From the NCBI GenBank assembly GCA_964255285.1, contig CAXUUL010000014.1, forward strand, positions 1 to 64,000: a DNA stretch of 64,000 nt, in the 5' to 3' direction. Source of the stretch: Ionaspis alba (taxonomy: Eukaryota). The notes under the pieces were generated by a model. The model saw only the letters and a list, made by a program, of their open reading frames with translations. It was not told where the DNA came from and did no database searches. Position numbers and translations under genes: made by a program. The first letter of the stretch is position 1, and the number at the start of each line of letters is the position of its first letter. Below are positions 39,876-52,390 of this stretch, piece after piece.

Positions 39876-40800
39876 TCCGTATCCCAAAGTAGCAGACTCT
39901 CGTTAAGATGTCTATGTGCACTGATCGTTCCTATCCGTTTCTGTTATCGAACTGGCTCTACCCTGCTTCGACAAGTCCAACGTTCCACCGATAGCTAGAA
40001 TTGTGCTGGCATAAGAATTTCGCCGAAATCCGTATCGCCTGCTGGGACCAAGGCATTGGAGCGAGCTTTCTTACGGAAATAGATGTTATCCTATTGATGA
40101 GCTAGCTTGAGGTAATCTCGCATATTCGAGAGACGAGCTGGGGGTAGAAAAGGACATCCTGCAGGATATATTGTAGGCATAGATGGACGATTGCTTAGGA
40201 CATAGAGACCAACGGCATGTTATCATATTCAAGGGACTCTGAACTAGAGCGTCTGCTAGACTCTAACTCGAAAGACTGCTCTTGGCACATCTGCTCGTAC
40301 CTTACTTTTGTAAAATTTTCATATCGGAAAATCAAGCCCGGAGCAGTTCGCCCCTAATCGCCGAGCTCTTTCGGCCGCTAGAGGATTATGCGCTAAACTC
40401 AAATCGCGAGAAACCAACGTTATACGCTCGGCGCGTTCTAGCCGCGCTTTGGATGCCTCAAAGCTACTAAACCGCGCGCTTTCCAAAGAAATGCAGATAT
40501 GTAAATGAATTTTTGGGTTCCTAGGACCGATCAGTCGCAAAGAAATCGACAGTATCTAAGTACGTATGTTTAAGGACGTAGGGTATTGTTGTTGAAGCTA
40601 TAGGTCTTCTATTATAAACGTGGTAGGCATGGTGGTGGTCGCGGAAAGAGGTGGAATTATTGCCAAGACATATCATACATAAGTCTTTTTTTCGATCACT
40701 ACATGCCAGTTTATCTTACGCTAAAGCCCTACGTCTCTCGGATCTCTCGGTGTCATGTAGATATCTACGTATCATGTTTTGTTCTGGAGGCAAGCCCTCA

Positions 40801-42718
40801 TTACTCATAAACTCCTTCATGACATTCTTCCATCCCTCGGCCTGACTTTGTGCAGTAAGCGTTTTCCCTTCCCGTGAAAAGGATCTGAACATTTACATAT
40901 GATCAGAATCTCTTCATTAGACCCGTAGCTTTCGAGGCTGGGAGGTGAAATCAAACGTACGACTGGCACAACACCACTGGCGCAGAACGCAGCCATCACC
41001 CACACCGCCACATTCCACCCTTCTCTATCGTATAAGAGACCCGCAAAAGCTGGTCCAACTATCGCACCAAGCGCTAGGGCTGCGTTGAAGAGGCCATACG
41101 CTTTGGCAAAAGCTCCGCCGGGGCCAAAGAGAAGATAGTGCTCTTTCCCCATCTGAGATACAATGTCGTACATATCGGCTGCAAGAGGGGAGAGCATCAT
41201 AGTAATACCAACACCTATATGTACGCCTTAGGTCAGCCAGGGCTAGTCTCAATGACTACCACGGAAGCGATCCAGTGAGGGCAAGGATGACTTGAGATTT
41301 ACCCGTCATAGCAAGAAGGGCACACAGCAATATTATATGTTGAATGCTGTCTTGTCCCACAAGACTTAGCAGCGCCAATGTCAACGTGGAGATCCCGAAG
41401 CCTGCCAAAACCACTAGACGTGCACCCAGGCGATCAGACATTACGCCTACGACCGGAGCAGCCAGGGAAGGAATCGTGAGTGCCAAGAATATTGATCCTC
41501 CTCCGAATGTTTCCCATCCAAAAGTCTTATAGACGAAGAGCGGTAAGATGCTATCAAAGGCACAGACAAGGGAGACTTGAATGAAGCCGCCATACATGGA
41601 AGCTAATATTCCCGGTGACCTCAACAAAATGGCTGTCGTTTTGAGAAATCTCACTAGGCCGTCTCTAGGACCTGATCGATGGTCACTTGGCTGGTCCGTT
41701 GCAGGCTCTCTAAAGCCAGAAGACGAAGAGTTACATTCGTCATCCTCAGCCACATCCTGCAGATCGGTAGTCCTGTTGTCAACTGTGTCTTCTTCTTGAG
41801 CGGAGATTGTATTCCCATTGATTGGTCTGTACTGTCGGTAAGGCTCCCCAGAGAATGTGCCGTAACTATCTCCTAGAATCCATTTCCGAGCGGATTGCTT
41901 CTCGATCATGAATAGGCGCAATATGAAATCTAAACCGATGACAGCCAAGATGGTTGCAAACACTGCGAAATATCCGGCTTTGGCGTATATGATGCCTGCA
42001 ACAAAAGGACCGATCATCACACCAGCACTCAGTCCTGAAAAGGCAGAGCCCATCCACGCCCCAACTTCGTCTCGACCAACAGTGTCAACAAGTAGCGCTA
42101 GGCCAACAGTGTAGACAATACCAGCGGAGGCCCCTTGAAAACATCTGGCGACGACGAGTAGTATTGGATCCCTTCCGAGAGCAAACATTAGAGTCGACGC
42201 AAAGAGCAAGGCGAGGCCAGAGAAAAAGGACTTTTGGCGTGATGACCCTCGATCGGCCAACCAGCCGGCAGCGGCTCATCTTGAATTAGCATTGACGCCG
42301 TATGTAGGGACTATACACACGAGATGCTATAGCCATCGCTAATCCATGAGCCATAAGAAGCGCCGAGATCCAAAATTGGACTAAGAGACATGGAGTTCAG
42401 TTTTCGATGAAGAGCAACAGGATCTCGCATTCCTACCCTCATCCTGAGGAACACCTGATCTGTCAGGAAGGGAGAAAGGAAGGATCGGTACAATCTAAAA
42501 GTGTCAGTCGTACGTTTGAATAACCTTGTGGTCATGGGTTTACTGCTCCGTAGGCCACCCCATCCTGGATCCATGTGAGTTATACGCCGAAAGTAAGAAG
42601 ACCTCTGACGACTTACTGTGAAGGTAGCAATGAAGATTACCACACCGATAAAGGACGTCGAGGAGCGGAATCGCAGCCACCTGGGTGGTCTGGATTGCTT
42701 GTTGTTGGAATTGGACAT
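40801..42718 (-). CDS. MFS transporter, vesicular amine transporter (SLC18/VMAT)-like
   Basis: RFRSSTSFI..ATFT|DG..|IVPILPF, GWLADR, VARCFQGAS, VGLALLVDTVG, AFDSILPLFV, VGVMSDRLGAR and AFAKAYGLFN. About six introns. The last exon ends at TAA 40801-40803. Confidence 0.9.
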
Positions 42719-45700
42719 ATCTCAGAGAACTTGCAGTCACCGACACTTCACTTGCCAAAGCTGCAGAAATGTTAATCCTGTGACCAAGTTTAGGTTCTTC
42801 GATCATCTACACTTGCAGATACAGATGCCAGAAGAGATGGTAGCAGGGGATAGTATCTTCCATTCGTACAGACTAGGTGCGCAGCATGATGTATCATATT
42901 ATACTGGACGTCGAAAATGATACGACGGATAGGGTATGCAGACAAGATATGACCGTGAGAAATGACAGCTTATCCATGATATCTCAATCAGCATAGGCCA
43001 GCTCTGGACCGTTCAGTTCTGCAAGATTCGGCCGAAGACCTCCGCGTCCACCGCAGATCCTCATCGAATCATCTACTTCTCGATACAGATACTCACGCCA
43101 CCGAATCATTTGAAATCCGCCTATCACGTTGGCCGCATACCCGAGTGAAGTTGAACTTCCTCAAAATCTGGCGTAGACTATCCCAACGCTCAAACTGGAC
43201 TTCGGCACCCGTATCAAGACCAAACCTTGGGGTTTCAGGGTCAATCTAGGGCAGCTCCTATAAAGAATGTCGGAGTTATGATTTGCAAAATCCGTTCCCA
43301 TCGTCAGCGAGCTCGGCTCTTCCCAACTTAGACCACATACGTGTAATTTTAGCCAGTGTATCGATAAGTAATCGATCGTTCTCTATAACAAACGATAAGA
43401 CGCACGTTTCAACAGATGTCCTACCACTCACCAAAGAAATCATGCATTTCCAGCCTCTGCAGATACGATTACAGATTTCAGATACGCGAGTACCTCACAA
43501 CCTTAGAGCATCATCATGCTTCTTGGACCGCATACACACTTGACCAGGAGTGGTTGGTTGTTATGCTTGGTAGTCCTGGGCTCCACGACGGTAGGTATGA
43601 GCGCCAGCCATCTCGCTGCAGGCAATATTGGTGCGACGGTCGATGCTGTTGGATGTCGAGCTATCGAACATGGCCAAAGTCTCGTGCATTTGGCTGGACC
43701 AGTTGCCATATAATAGCTGCTTTCGATCAATCGCATCTCTCATTGGATCCAACGGCTTTTCATCTGGCATCTTAGGCTGTTAACCTCTTGCAATTAAGCA
43801 GGCTCCATGTAGTCCTTACCTTCAATATGTTTCCTCTCCTTTTTGTATCCGATCCATTCTTGGGGAGGACCTCTTCACTCACCATCTTTTACGTATAAGA
43901 GGACTTTATGCAGTCGATCATGTTGTCGATCTCAGGCTTTGTTGCGACACTGATCTCCGTATTCATTGGTTCGTTGACTGCTCGCTTACTGCATGCATGA
44001 ACCATCATGCAGCTTCATTCGCTGGTTACAGACCCCGGCACCGGAGTTCGGCTTATCGACCGCATGTCGTCAACAGCGAAATTCGTCATGACACCATTCC
44101 TTGTCTACACTATCCGGTCCCTTTTTTCGAATTTTCACCACTGCAAGCAGCGATGCATGCCAGCGAGCATCTGAACCGCTGTTGATAGGTAGCAGGCAGT
44201 GTTGCTTGCGAACAGTGTCTGGGTTCGACTGCGAAGCAATGTAAGCAATCTTCACGATCGTTGCGAGGCATCACCACTGACCCCACCTCGAGTGATGGCG
44301 AGCAACTCGTTTGGTATGCAGTTTTTGAGCTGCATGGTCTTCCACCATCATCTCTGATATTGCATGCAGCTCCGCAGTGGTCGCACACTCGACCTTGAAT
44401 CCAGCATACCGCATGTTACCGACCACCAACACCGACCTTGCATGCAGTTCCGCAGACGCCAAGCTACATCTGCATTCGTCCAGTTTAGCTGTATGTAGTC
44501 TCTACTCCCTGCTGCTATCGACTATCATTGTGGATACAGCATGCAGTCACAGTGCCTCCCCAATCGAACCAAACCACCAGCTCGGGCGATCCTAACCCAC
44601 GTTCTAGCACCGCTAGCAGTTAGGGAGTAGTCTATTTCGACGCGCAATTTGTTACCGGTATCTTCGATCCTTTCGCTGTCGTAAGACTGCGTGGAGATTA
44701 CTCCAGGATGACTCGCCGTGCGGTTACGCTCCATCTTTGCCAGCAAGTCATGCGTCATGTTTTGGAACGAGGATTCTGAGAAGCCCTGACGGTCGGTGAG
44801 CGTGTGCCCACGTGAGCGCATATCAACATGGCCCGCGATCTGCTACCAGCATTCCCACACACCTTCGAGGAGCGGCGCCGCCGCTGGGCCGGAAACTCTC
44901 AGCAGACATGGGATTCCTTCGCTGAGCCTAGTTCTCCTGCCGCGTATCTTTCAATGCGACGTACACGCAGTGAGCTACCCTTGAATGCAGACTCGAATGA
45001 TTGATCGGATGCCTCGTCCGTTATTCTCGCCGCGGAAATCGATTTACTGCTTGCAGCGCCTTCCGGATACTATTCTATCGTCGGAAAAGTCTTCGATGAT
45101 AAGGATGGGCCACCACAAAAAAACCCCGGATGCCTTTTGAAAAGGACGTCTAAGTTGACATGTTAGAATCTTGGATGAAAACGTAGTAGAATAAGAATTG
45201 TCTGAAATTTACCATATATATCTTTATTGTGTAAAAATGTTTGTATCCCTTCCAGGACCTCAATTGCATGTATTTATATACCCTTCTAAGCTTATGCTGT
45301 AGTGATATAACAATAATGTCGATCATACAAGGGGTCCGGAGTCTGTTGAGTCACGACTACGCAACCATCCATAGGGGGGTGGTCTTGTAGTGTGTAACTC
45401 TGTGGCTTGATTGTAGGCTAAAAAGGTACTATATACATGCGCTAGTCACGTGCACTAGCGTAGCTTTAATCCCTTGGCACTCCTATGGCTGAGTCCCTGA
45501 CCTAATAGAGTCCCTCGTACCTCGGGATCGATAGTCAATATCAGGGCATTTTTGCATGATATCGTCAAAAGAACAACCTAAGAAAAGGGCCGTCATATAC
45601 CAATACCGTGTGGATGAGCCGAAGGCCGCTATCAGTACCTAGTCATGATTGACGACGCATGACATGAAATATGTATAGATTGTATCGCTTGATAGGCAAA

Positions 45701-46226
45701 CGCGGGACTGCTAAATGAATGCATTGGGTTGACCACAATCGTCGTATAGAATATCGATTTTCGTTCAACGACAGGATCGGACATCTTGGACACAAACAAC
45801 GGTCTATTAACAATCCATCAATTGAGAGCAATTGCCAGGGCACCTAGAATAGGTTCTCTTTCATAAGGTCGTACGCTCGCGATGCTGGGGATGTCTTCAT
45901 GATCAAAACAACATTCTTGTGTGTCAACTTCCACAATAGTAATGCTGTAGGTGTGGTTGAAGCCCAACCTTACTCCTCGTATTTACCGGCTAGATGTTGT
46001 ACGGAGGACAAAGACGTTAGGAAGGGACTTACTATCTATAACCGCGAAGATCATCAGGTGCAGTATGGCGGCGTGTCTATTCTTACTGTGCTTCCACCCC
46101 GGGTCTTTTGCTCCATCTAGCCGCGCCGTTTCCAGTTTGAATGCTTCACGCGCGCCAAACAGGCATAGACGATTCCTACTTACCACCAAAAACTTAGCTT
46201 TTGCGAGTCCATAGGTGGACTCTATC

Positions 46227-49200
46227 TCAGAACCCTGGCAAGGGCTTCTCCTCTCGCAGCCACATCAAATTTCTCGCGACCGCTGCCTTGATGCGAGACC
46301 TCATGGGGTCTGCATCGCCGCCACAGTCCGGCTGGGATTCGAAAACTGCACCCGAACTACGTTGCCTGTCCTCGAGCATCCACATCAACGGCCAGAGGCA
46401 GTGCTTCTCGCCGCTTCTTTGCACGTTCTCCCGCATCTCATGCCACCAATGTTCAGAGGGCATTGGTCGTAGCTGGTACCCAGCTTCACGGACGACCTGC
46501 CAGAAATCGGCGATAGTAATGCCGTCCAATATCTTGACGACTTGGACTTTTGCGCCAATCGAAGGCTCCATCGCTGCACGGATCGTCGAGCGAGCAACAG
46601 TCTCGACGTCGGATAGGTAAACAAAATTGTTCAGCTCATCACCATTATGAGCTTCGATCTCTATTGCGCCTGCCACCAGCCTCCAGAGGTAGTCGGTCGT
46701 GTTCGCGACCCCATCTCGTACCGATCCGATGATGTAGGACGGCTTGACAACGGAAAAACAATGGTGAGATCCCAGTCGGCTAACGGCGACATTCTTAACA
46801 AGTAACTCTGAGGCCAATTTTGTCTGGGCGTATCCGTTCGAGGCCGTGACCTGTTGGAGATTGGCAGCGTCGTCATCGTCCCCTCCAGGCGTTAACTGCT
46901 GGCCGCCGGACACGTAGACGAATGATTTAGCAACCGAGGACCTTTGCAATGCTTTGAGTAGTTCCATGGTCGACAACACGTTGGCATCTTTTAGCGTTTC
47001 GTAGTCCGTGTTCCAGCGAACGACTGCCCCGTTATGAATAATGACGTTCACGTCTTTACTGAGGGTCTTCCAGTGCTCGTCTACTAGACCCAATCTGGTC
47101 TGCTGGAGATCTCCCGGCCATATCTCAATTCTGTCTGGGCATCGCAGGATAGCCTTCCCTGCTACCTCAGCGATGCGAGCATGACCTTCTGCTTGGCTTT
47201 TGCAGCGTACGAGGACGAATATCTTTTCACATTCAGATCTGCTGACAAGTTGACCCAAGATCTTACGGCCTAAGTATCCTGTTGCACCGGTCAGGAAGAC
47301 GAGCTTAGTCCTACTAGTCAATTTGACTGGTTTTGTGGCAGGCTGTGTGTCCCGAGCATGCAATTCAGAACACATCGCCCCGACTTCTTGAAAGAGCTTG
47401 ACGGTTGATGCACTCTCCAAAGGGTATTTGATAAGATGAGCGAGACCAGAGATAGTAATTGTATCTGAAGTAAGTTTAGATATTGGGATATTAGCGTCGA
47501 ATTGCTTCTTTATCCACACCCTCAGCGTTATAGCTTGAATGGAATCGAAGCCGACGGCCGCAAGGCGGAAATCGTACCCGATCAATGATGTGAGTCTATG
47601 GTTGTTCCTCGATGCCAACAGTTCGGCGACTTTGACGCTGATCTCGTGGGCAAGGGCGTTTGATAGTGGAAGTGGAAGAAATTGGTTCTGATCCTGGTTT
47701 CCCAATACAGCGATCTGGGTGTCATTCGCGTCTAGCCCGGCCAGGAGGTCGTCTACCTGACGCCGATCAACCTTGATGGACGTAGATAGGGGAATCCGGT
47801 CAGTGGCCAACCAAACAGAAGGAATCATGTACTTAGGCAGCCTCCCCTTCATGAACGTTTTAGCTGTATTGTCGTCATGACTAGCGACTTTGTCGCACCG
47901 TTCAATCACAGCTACAAGCTGATTTGCGTACTTGCCGGTCTTTGGAAAGGCTACCATGGACTTTGCTACCCCATAGTATTGCGCGAGTTGATTCTCGATC
48001 TCTCCGAGCTCAACGCGCTGTCCTCGGATCTTGATCTGGGTATCGCTCCGGCCTACAAACTTGAGGGAGCCATCAGTCCTGTACTGAACCAGGTCCCTGG
48101 TCCTATAAAAGCGATGTGCACTTGCTCCTACGTTCGTAAGGAGCCACGCCGGACTTTCGATGAAGGCTTCTCGCGTGCGTGACTCGTCATTCAGGTAGCC
48201 GCGAGCCAGCGTGGGGCCTTCAACTAGCAGTTCCCCCACTGCCCCAATGCTGACGAGTCGATCCACATCATCCTCGGCGACGACCCAGAACTTGAAGCAG
48301 GGTAGCGGACGACCAATCGTATCTGGTGGGCTGTCGCAGCTAGCGTATTCATAGGCGGTGCATCCTCCGCATTCGGATGGTCCATAGCAGTTGATGAGCC
48401 GGACCATGCCCGCCCAACGCTCTACCTGCTCCTTCTTGACCTCTTCTCCGGCGAGTATGATGGTGCGCAGGAACGGGACGTCTTCTGGAGCGAATGTATT
48501 TGAGAAAGAGGGCGTAATATCTGCCCAGTTGACTTTCATGTCGTTGATGACGCTAATGATCTCGTTCTTTCTTTGAAACTCGGATGGCATACAGACACAG
48601 CCTCCGTGTATAAGAGTGTTGAAGACTAGTCGCAACCGTCAGCACGTATTTTGCACGGGGCTTGGTAGAAGAACCGTAGGCTGTGAATTAGGGGCTTACT
48701 CACTGTCGACAATGGAGACGTCGAAAGCATAGCTAGCCCCGGTCGGTCAGAACGCCTCTTATCCAGTGACTATGCAATCCCAAATGCACAGAGGGATGTC
48801 AAACTGAGATTCTTGCACGGAGTCTACTCGTCATAGTCTCCTTGGTCACTTGCCCCTTGGTCCTGATATACGTGCAAAGAATTTGACAACGAATCACGTA
48901 CCTTGCGAATTGCAACACCCGACTATTATGATCAACGTACAAAGCCTCCCCATACGCCTTGCTGATGGTGCACACTGAAGCATGCTCCTGGACCACACCC
49001 TTTGGCTGTCCCGTACTTCCGGAGGTGAATAGCACGAAAGCTGGGGACTGCGGCGAGACGATCACAGATTGCATAGATGATATTCCTGCCTTGCATTTGA
49101 AAGAACTGTCCACGACAACGGTCTTCACCTCGGAATCCTCAAAGGTAGTTCTGTAGGTCGGCGAGGTGAGTACGAAACGTGCATTAACGCTCCTGACAAT

Positions 49201-50270
49201 TGCCTTCGTCCTGTCGGTTGGATTGGACGGATCCAACGGCACAAAAGCACCCCCTGCGAAGGTCAGCGTCCATCAAAAACGCGATAGTGGTATTTATTGC
49301 CTGCTTTCAGTATGCCGAGCATTGCCACAGCAGCCCATTGCGACTTTTCGAAATACACCGGCACTAGTTCTCCAACGCGTATTCCGAGATCGCACATATG
49401 AGATTTTAGATTTCCGGAGACCAAGTCAAGCTGATCGTAGGTGAGATCTCCATCCCACGCGTGTATAGCAGGCGCATCAGGGCGATTTTTGACGTGCCGG
49501 CTGATTTCTCCGTGAACGGTGGACTCCACACTCTGTCGGATACCGCTGTTCCACGCAACAATTTGGTCAAGGTCGCGGCCGCTCAAGGACCGAACCTCAC
49601 CAATCGTTTGTTTCGGGTTTTCCAATAGGCTCTGAAAGAGAGTGCGGCAGGTGTTGCCCACGTTGAGTATCGCCTCTTTGGTATAGTCGGAGCTTTTGAA
49701 GTGGATCTCCAGTATCAATTTCCCCAACCAGTCATTGAAGACTGCTACAAGACCGTTGTGGTACATCTGGGGCAAGTTAGCAAATGGGTGAATGTCTATG
49801 GAGGTTGATAATCTCACATGTCGGTGTTCATTCAGCATCTCTCTTTCCTCTGACTCTTTGTCACTACATAGACCTCGTGGCTTCGACTGAGTGTAGAGCA
49901 TCTTCGTGTTCAGCAGAGGAGTGGCTTCCCACAGGGTGCTGTCTACGACAGATGAAACATGTGCGTAACAAAATTCAACGCTTGAAACGGTCTGTGACTT
50001 GGATATTACTGCAGAGCAGACGTAGCCTGGTTGTGTGTGGAGTTCACCTTTGCTGGTATTGCCCTGTATGCGAAAAGCGACGGTCTCATTCCCTGTATAG
50101 ACGCGAAGCACGAGAGCCCAGAGAAGCTCATACAAGTTCAATTGTCCTATGGCTTTCTGAAGTGTATCGAGCTTCGCTTTGTCATTGCAGAGTGAGAAAG
50201 TCAATGCTTGAGCCTTACCCGCATGGGTAGTTATTGCATAATCGAGGGTGGGAAATAAACAAGGCTCCAT
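46227..50270 (-). CDS. Monomodular NRPS-like enzyme: C-domain remnant, A, T and terminal reductase (R)
   Basis: A-domain motifs LTYDQL, ILKAG|GAFVPLD, FTSGSTGQPKG, FA|SYAFDVS, NCYGPSE, GELLVEGPTLARGYL and GRSDTQIKIRGQRVELGEIE. T-domain GFDSIQA. R-domain VFLTGATGYLG, IIHNGA and GYAQTK. Introns include 49300-49254, 48901-48733 and 48703-48626. Confidence 0.93.
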
Positions 50271-50355
50271 ATTCCACTGTAGAGAGACGAGGACGGCCCA
50301 AGATACGGAGCGAAAAGGACTGTGCAGGTGGGAGAAAATAGAATGATAACCTCTT

Positions 50356-50655
50356 GACTATATAGACAGCGCCAACAGGAATGAAACACAGGAATAAAAC
50401 ACATAGTTGTTTTGATACCGCCAACAACACCGATTCGCATAAGAAAAGCCCACCACAACGTTCAATTTCTATTTCCCGATACGTAAATAAATTATAGATT
50501 GATACAGGTATTAACTGAAACTTAAGCCGCAAATTAAATCGACGTGCTCACTTTTTGGGCTTATTAGCGCTACCAGGCAATGGAAAAATAGCCTTTAGAC
50601 TATATGAACAGCGCCAATAGGGATCGAAACTGTAGTTGACTTAACACCACCGACA
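50356..50655. repeat. Degenerate direct repeat (period ~242 bp) upstream of the NRPS-like gene
   Basis: gactatatagacagcgccaacaggaatgaaac (50356) aligns with gactatatgaacagcgccaatagggatcgaaac (50598). Each copy is followed by tagttg. Confidence 0.6.
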
Positions 50656-52390
50656 GTGGGCGCCATTGGAGTGCAGAAACAGAAAAATAAGGTAATGGTT
50701 AGCCAGGCGTTTGAGGCATAGCACCATGGTTTCTTTAGGCGACTTGACACGACCGCGACAACCTGCGTCAAAGAAAAAGATCAGCCAGACTGCTTGTTGG
50801 GGAAATAAACTGCTCTTCAGAACCTAAACTTTTGTTACTGGACCTAGAATTAGGGCAAGGTTTCCATCCCACATTCTTTTTTTCTGCTTGTTCCTGAACC
50901 GGCACTAGCTTCTTGTCCTCCTGCAACGCTAAGCTTCATGTCAAGCTAAAGCGCCTTCGTATTGCGTCCAACATATACATGTACATGTACATTGCAGACT
51001 GTACTCTGTATAAATACGCGTGATCCAATGCTCTATAAATCCTGGAAGGCGCATTGCATGAAGCGTTCTCCAAAAAAAGGAAAAGAGGGATCAAGTTGGA
51101 AGAGCCGATCGTTAAGAAGGAACCCACCTAGTTAAGGTACAGTACACTGTTGGGCATCTGGTCGGTTAATTGAGACCTCATCCAACTCCTTTCCCCACAG
51201 GCCCACCTCTTCTCGGTGTTTATGATGATGCATTCCCGAGGGATGTTGAGATACGAGCTTCGTTCAATAGTGGTGGCAGTAGTCTTAGGCCGCCCGGGCG
51301 CCTAACATAATCCAGGTTGTCCAAATCGACCCTCAACACGGTGGCCAGTCGATCTCACAAGAGAAGGGTCTCGATGCGTCAAGAGCAACAAAGGAGTGGT
51401 TCTTCTAGCTCGACATATTGGGCTGACCTCTGCCGGATGCCAATTTCTTGTCCAGTGGTGGTAGCTAGCATCGCCTTCATCAAGTACAAGGTGATGGTGA
51501 TTTATGGGTATGACTGGCCTTCTCGATCCCACCGTTGAGCCTGATGAGATCCAATCTCGTGTTCGCTCGAATGGAAGGAAGGCCTGCAGGCTTGAGTTTC
51601 AGGTCTTCTCCACGCTTCATCATATGTACTGCATTGGTCGGTACCTTCACAGTGCGTATGTTCAAGGTCGTCACCCACCAGAGGAACACGTTCACATAGT
51701 CCAGGACGGATTCTTGTAGGGATCACTAGGCTATCTGGAAGCAGACAATCAATCGAGCGCGTTGTTTTGTTACTAATTTGACCAGGCTGTCCCAGTCTTT
51801 CCTTCTTCACTCACGAAACAGGTTGGTATTCTCAAAGACGAAAATCTGCTTCCTGTCCTTGTCACTACATGATCTCGTTCTGAAACCTCAGAGTCCAGAA
51901 ATGGCTGTCCATTCTCATTTGCTGGGCTGCCGGGGCTCGTTTATGGAAAGACTGGTTGGCCAGGAGTAGTTGGAGTGTCAACGGCGATGGTTGCTAGCGC
52001 TGGGGTGCAAGTTTTCAGACACAAAGGAAAGAGAACATTATCAGCAGGAACCGCTGGTGATGCGTGAGGTCTCTCTGTTGTTTTGGTGTTTGGCAAATGC
52101 GGCATGTTGGAATGATCAGTCTTAGGATTGGAAACAGTACACAACAGTGGGTGTCTAGCATCGTGTCAATAACTCGCCATTTCAGGCCACGCAATATAAC
52201 ACTCCATACTTCATCTTGATATTTCTCGACACCACTTGCATTCCATATCTGTCGCAACGCATGAGGCTAGTATAACATATCATGTGCTCTAAACATCGCC
52301 GCAGGCTTGTTGTACTTGTGCTACAAGTAGTGATCCGCGTCGAATCTATAATATCAGGACCTGGGACAAGACGGAAGCTCTGCGGAGGAC

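Noticed and set aside
44110..44600. Cys-rich fragments and recurring (g/a)a(a/g)ctgcat motifs
   Set aside because: Too short and degenerate to support a zinc-finger gene or a repeat array.
51300..52260. Several 60-100 aa ORFs between the NRPS and the first SDR
   Set aside because: No coherent gene model or recognisable similarity.
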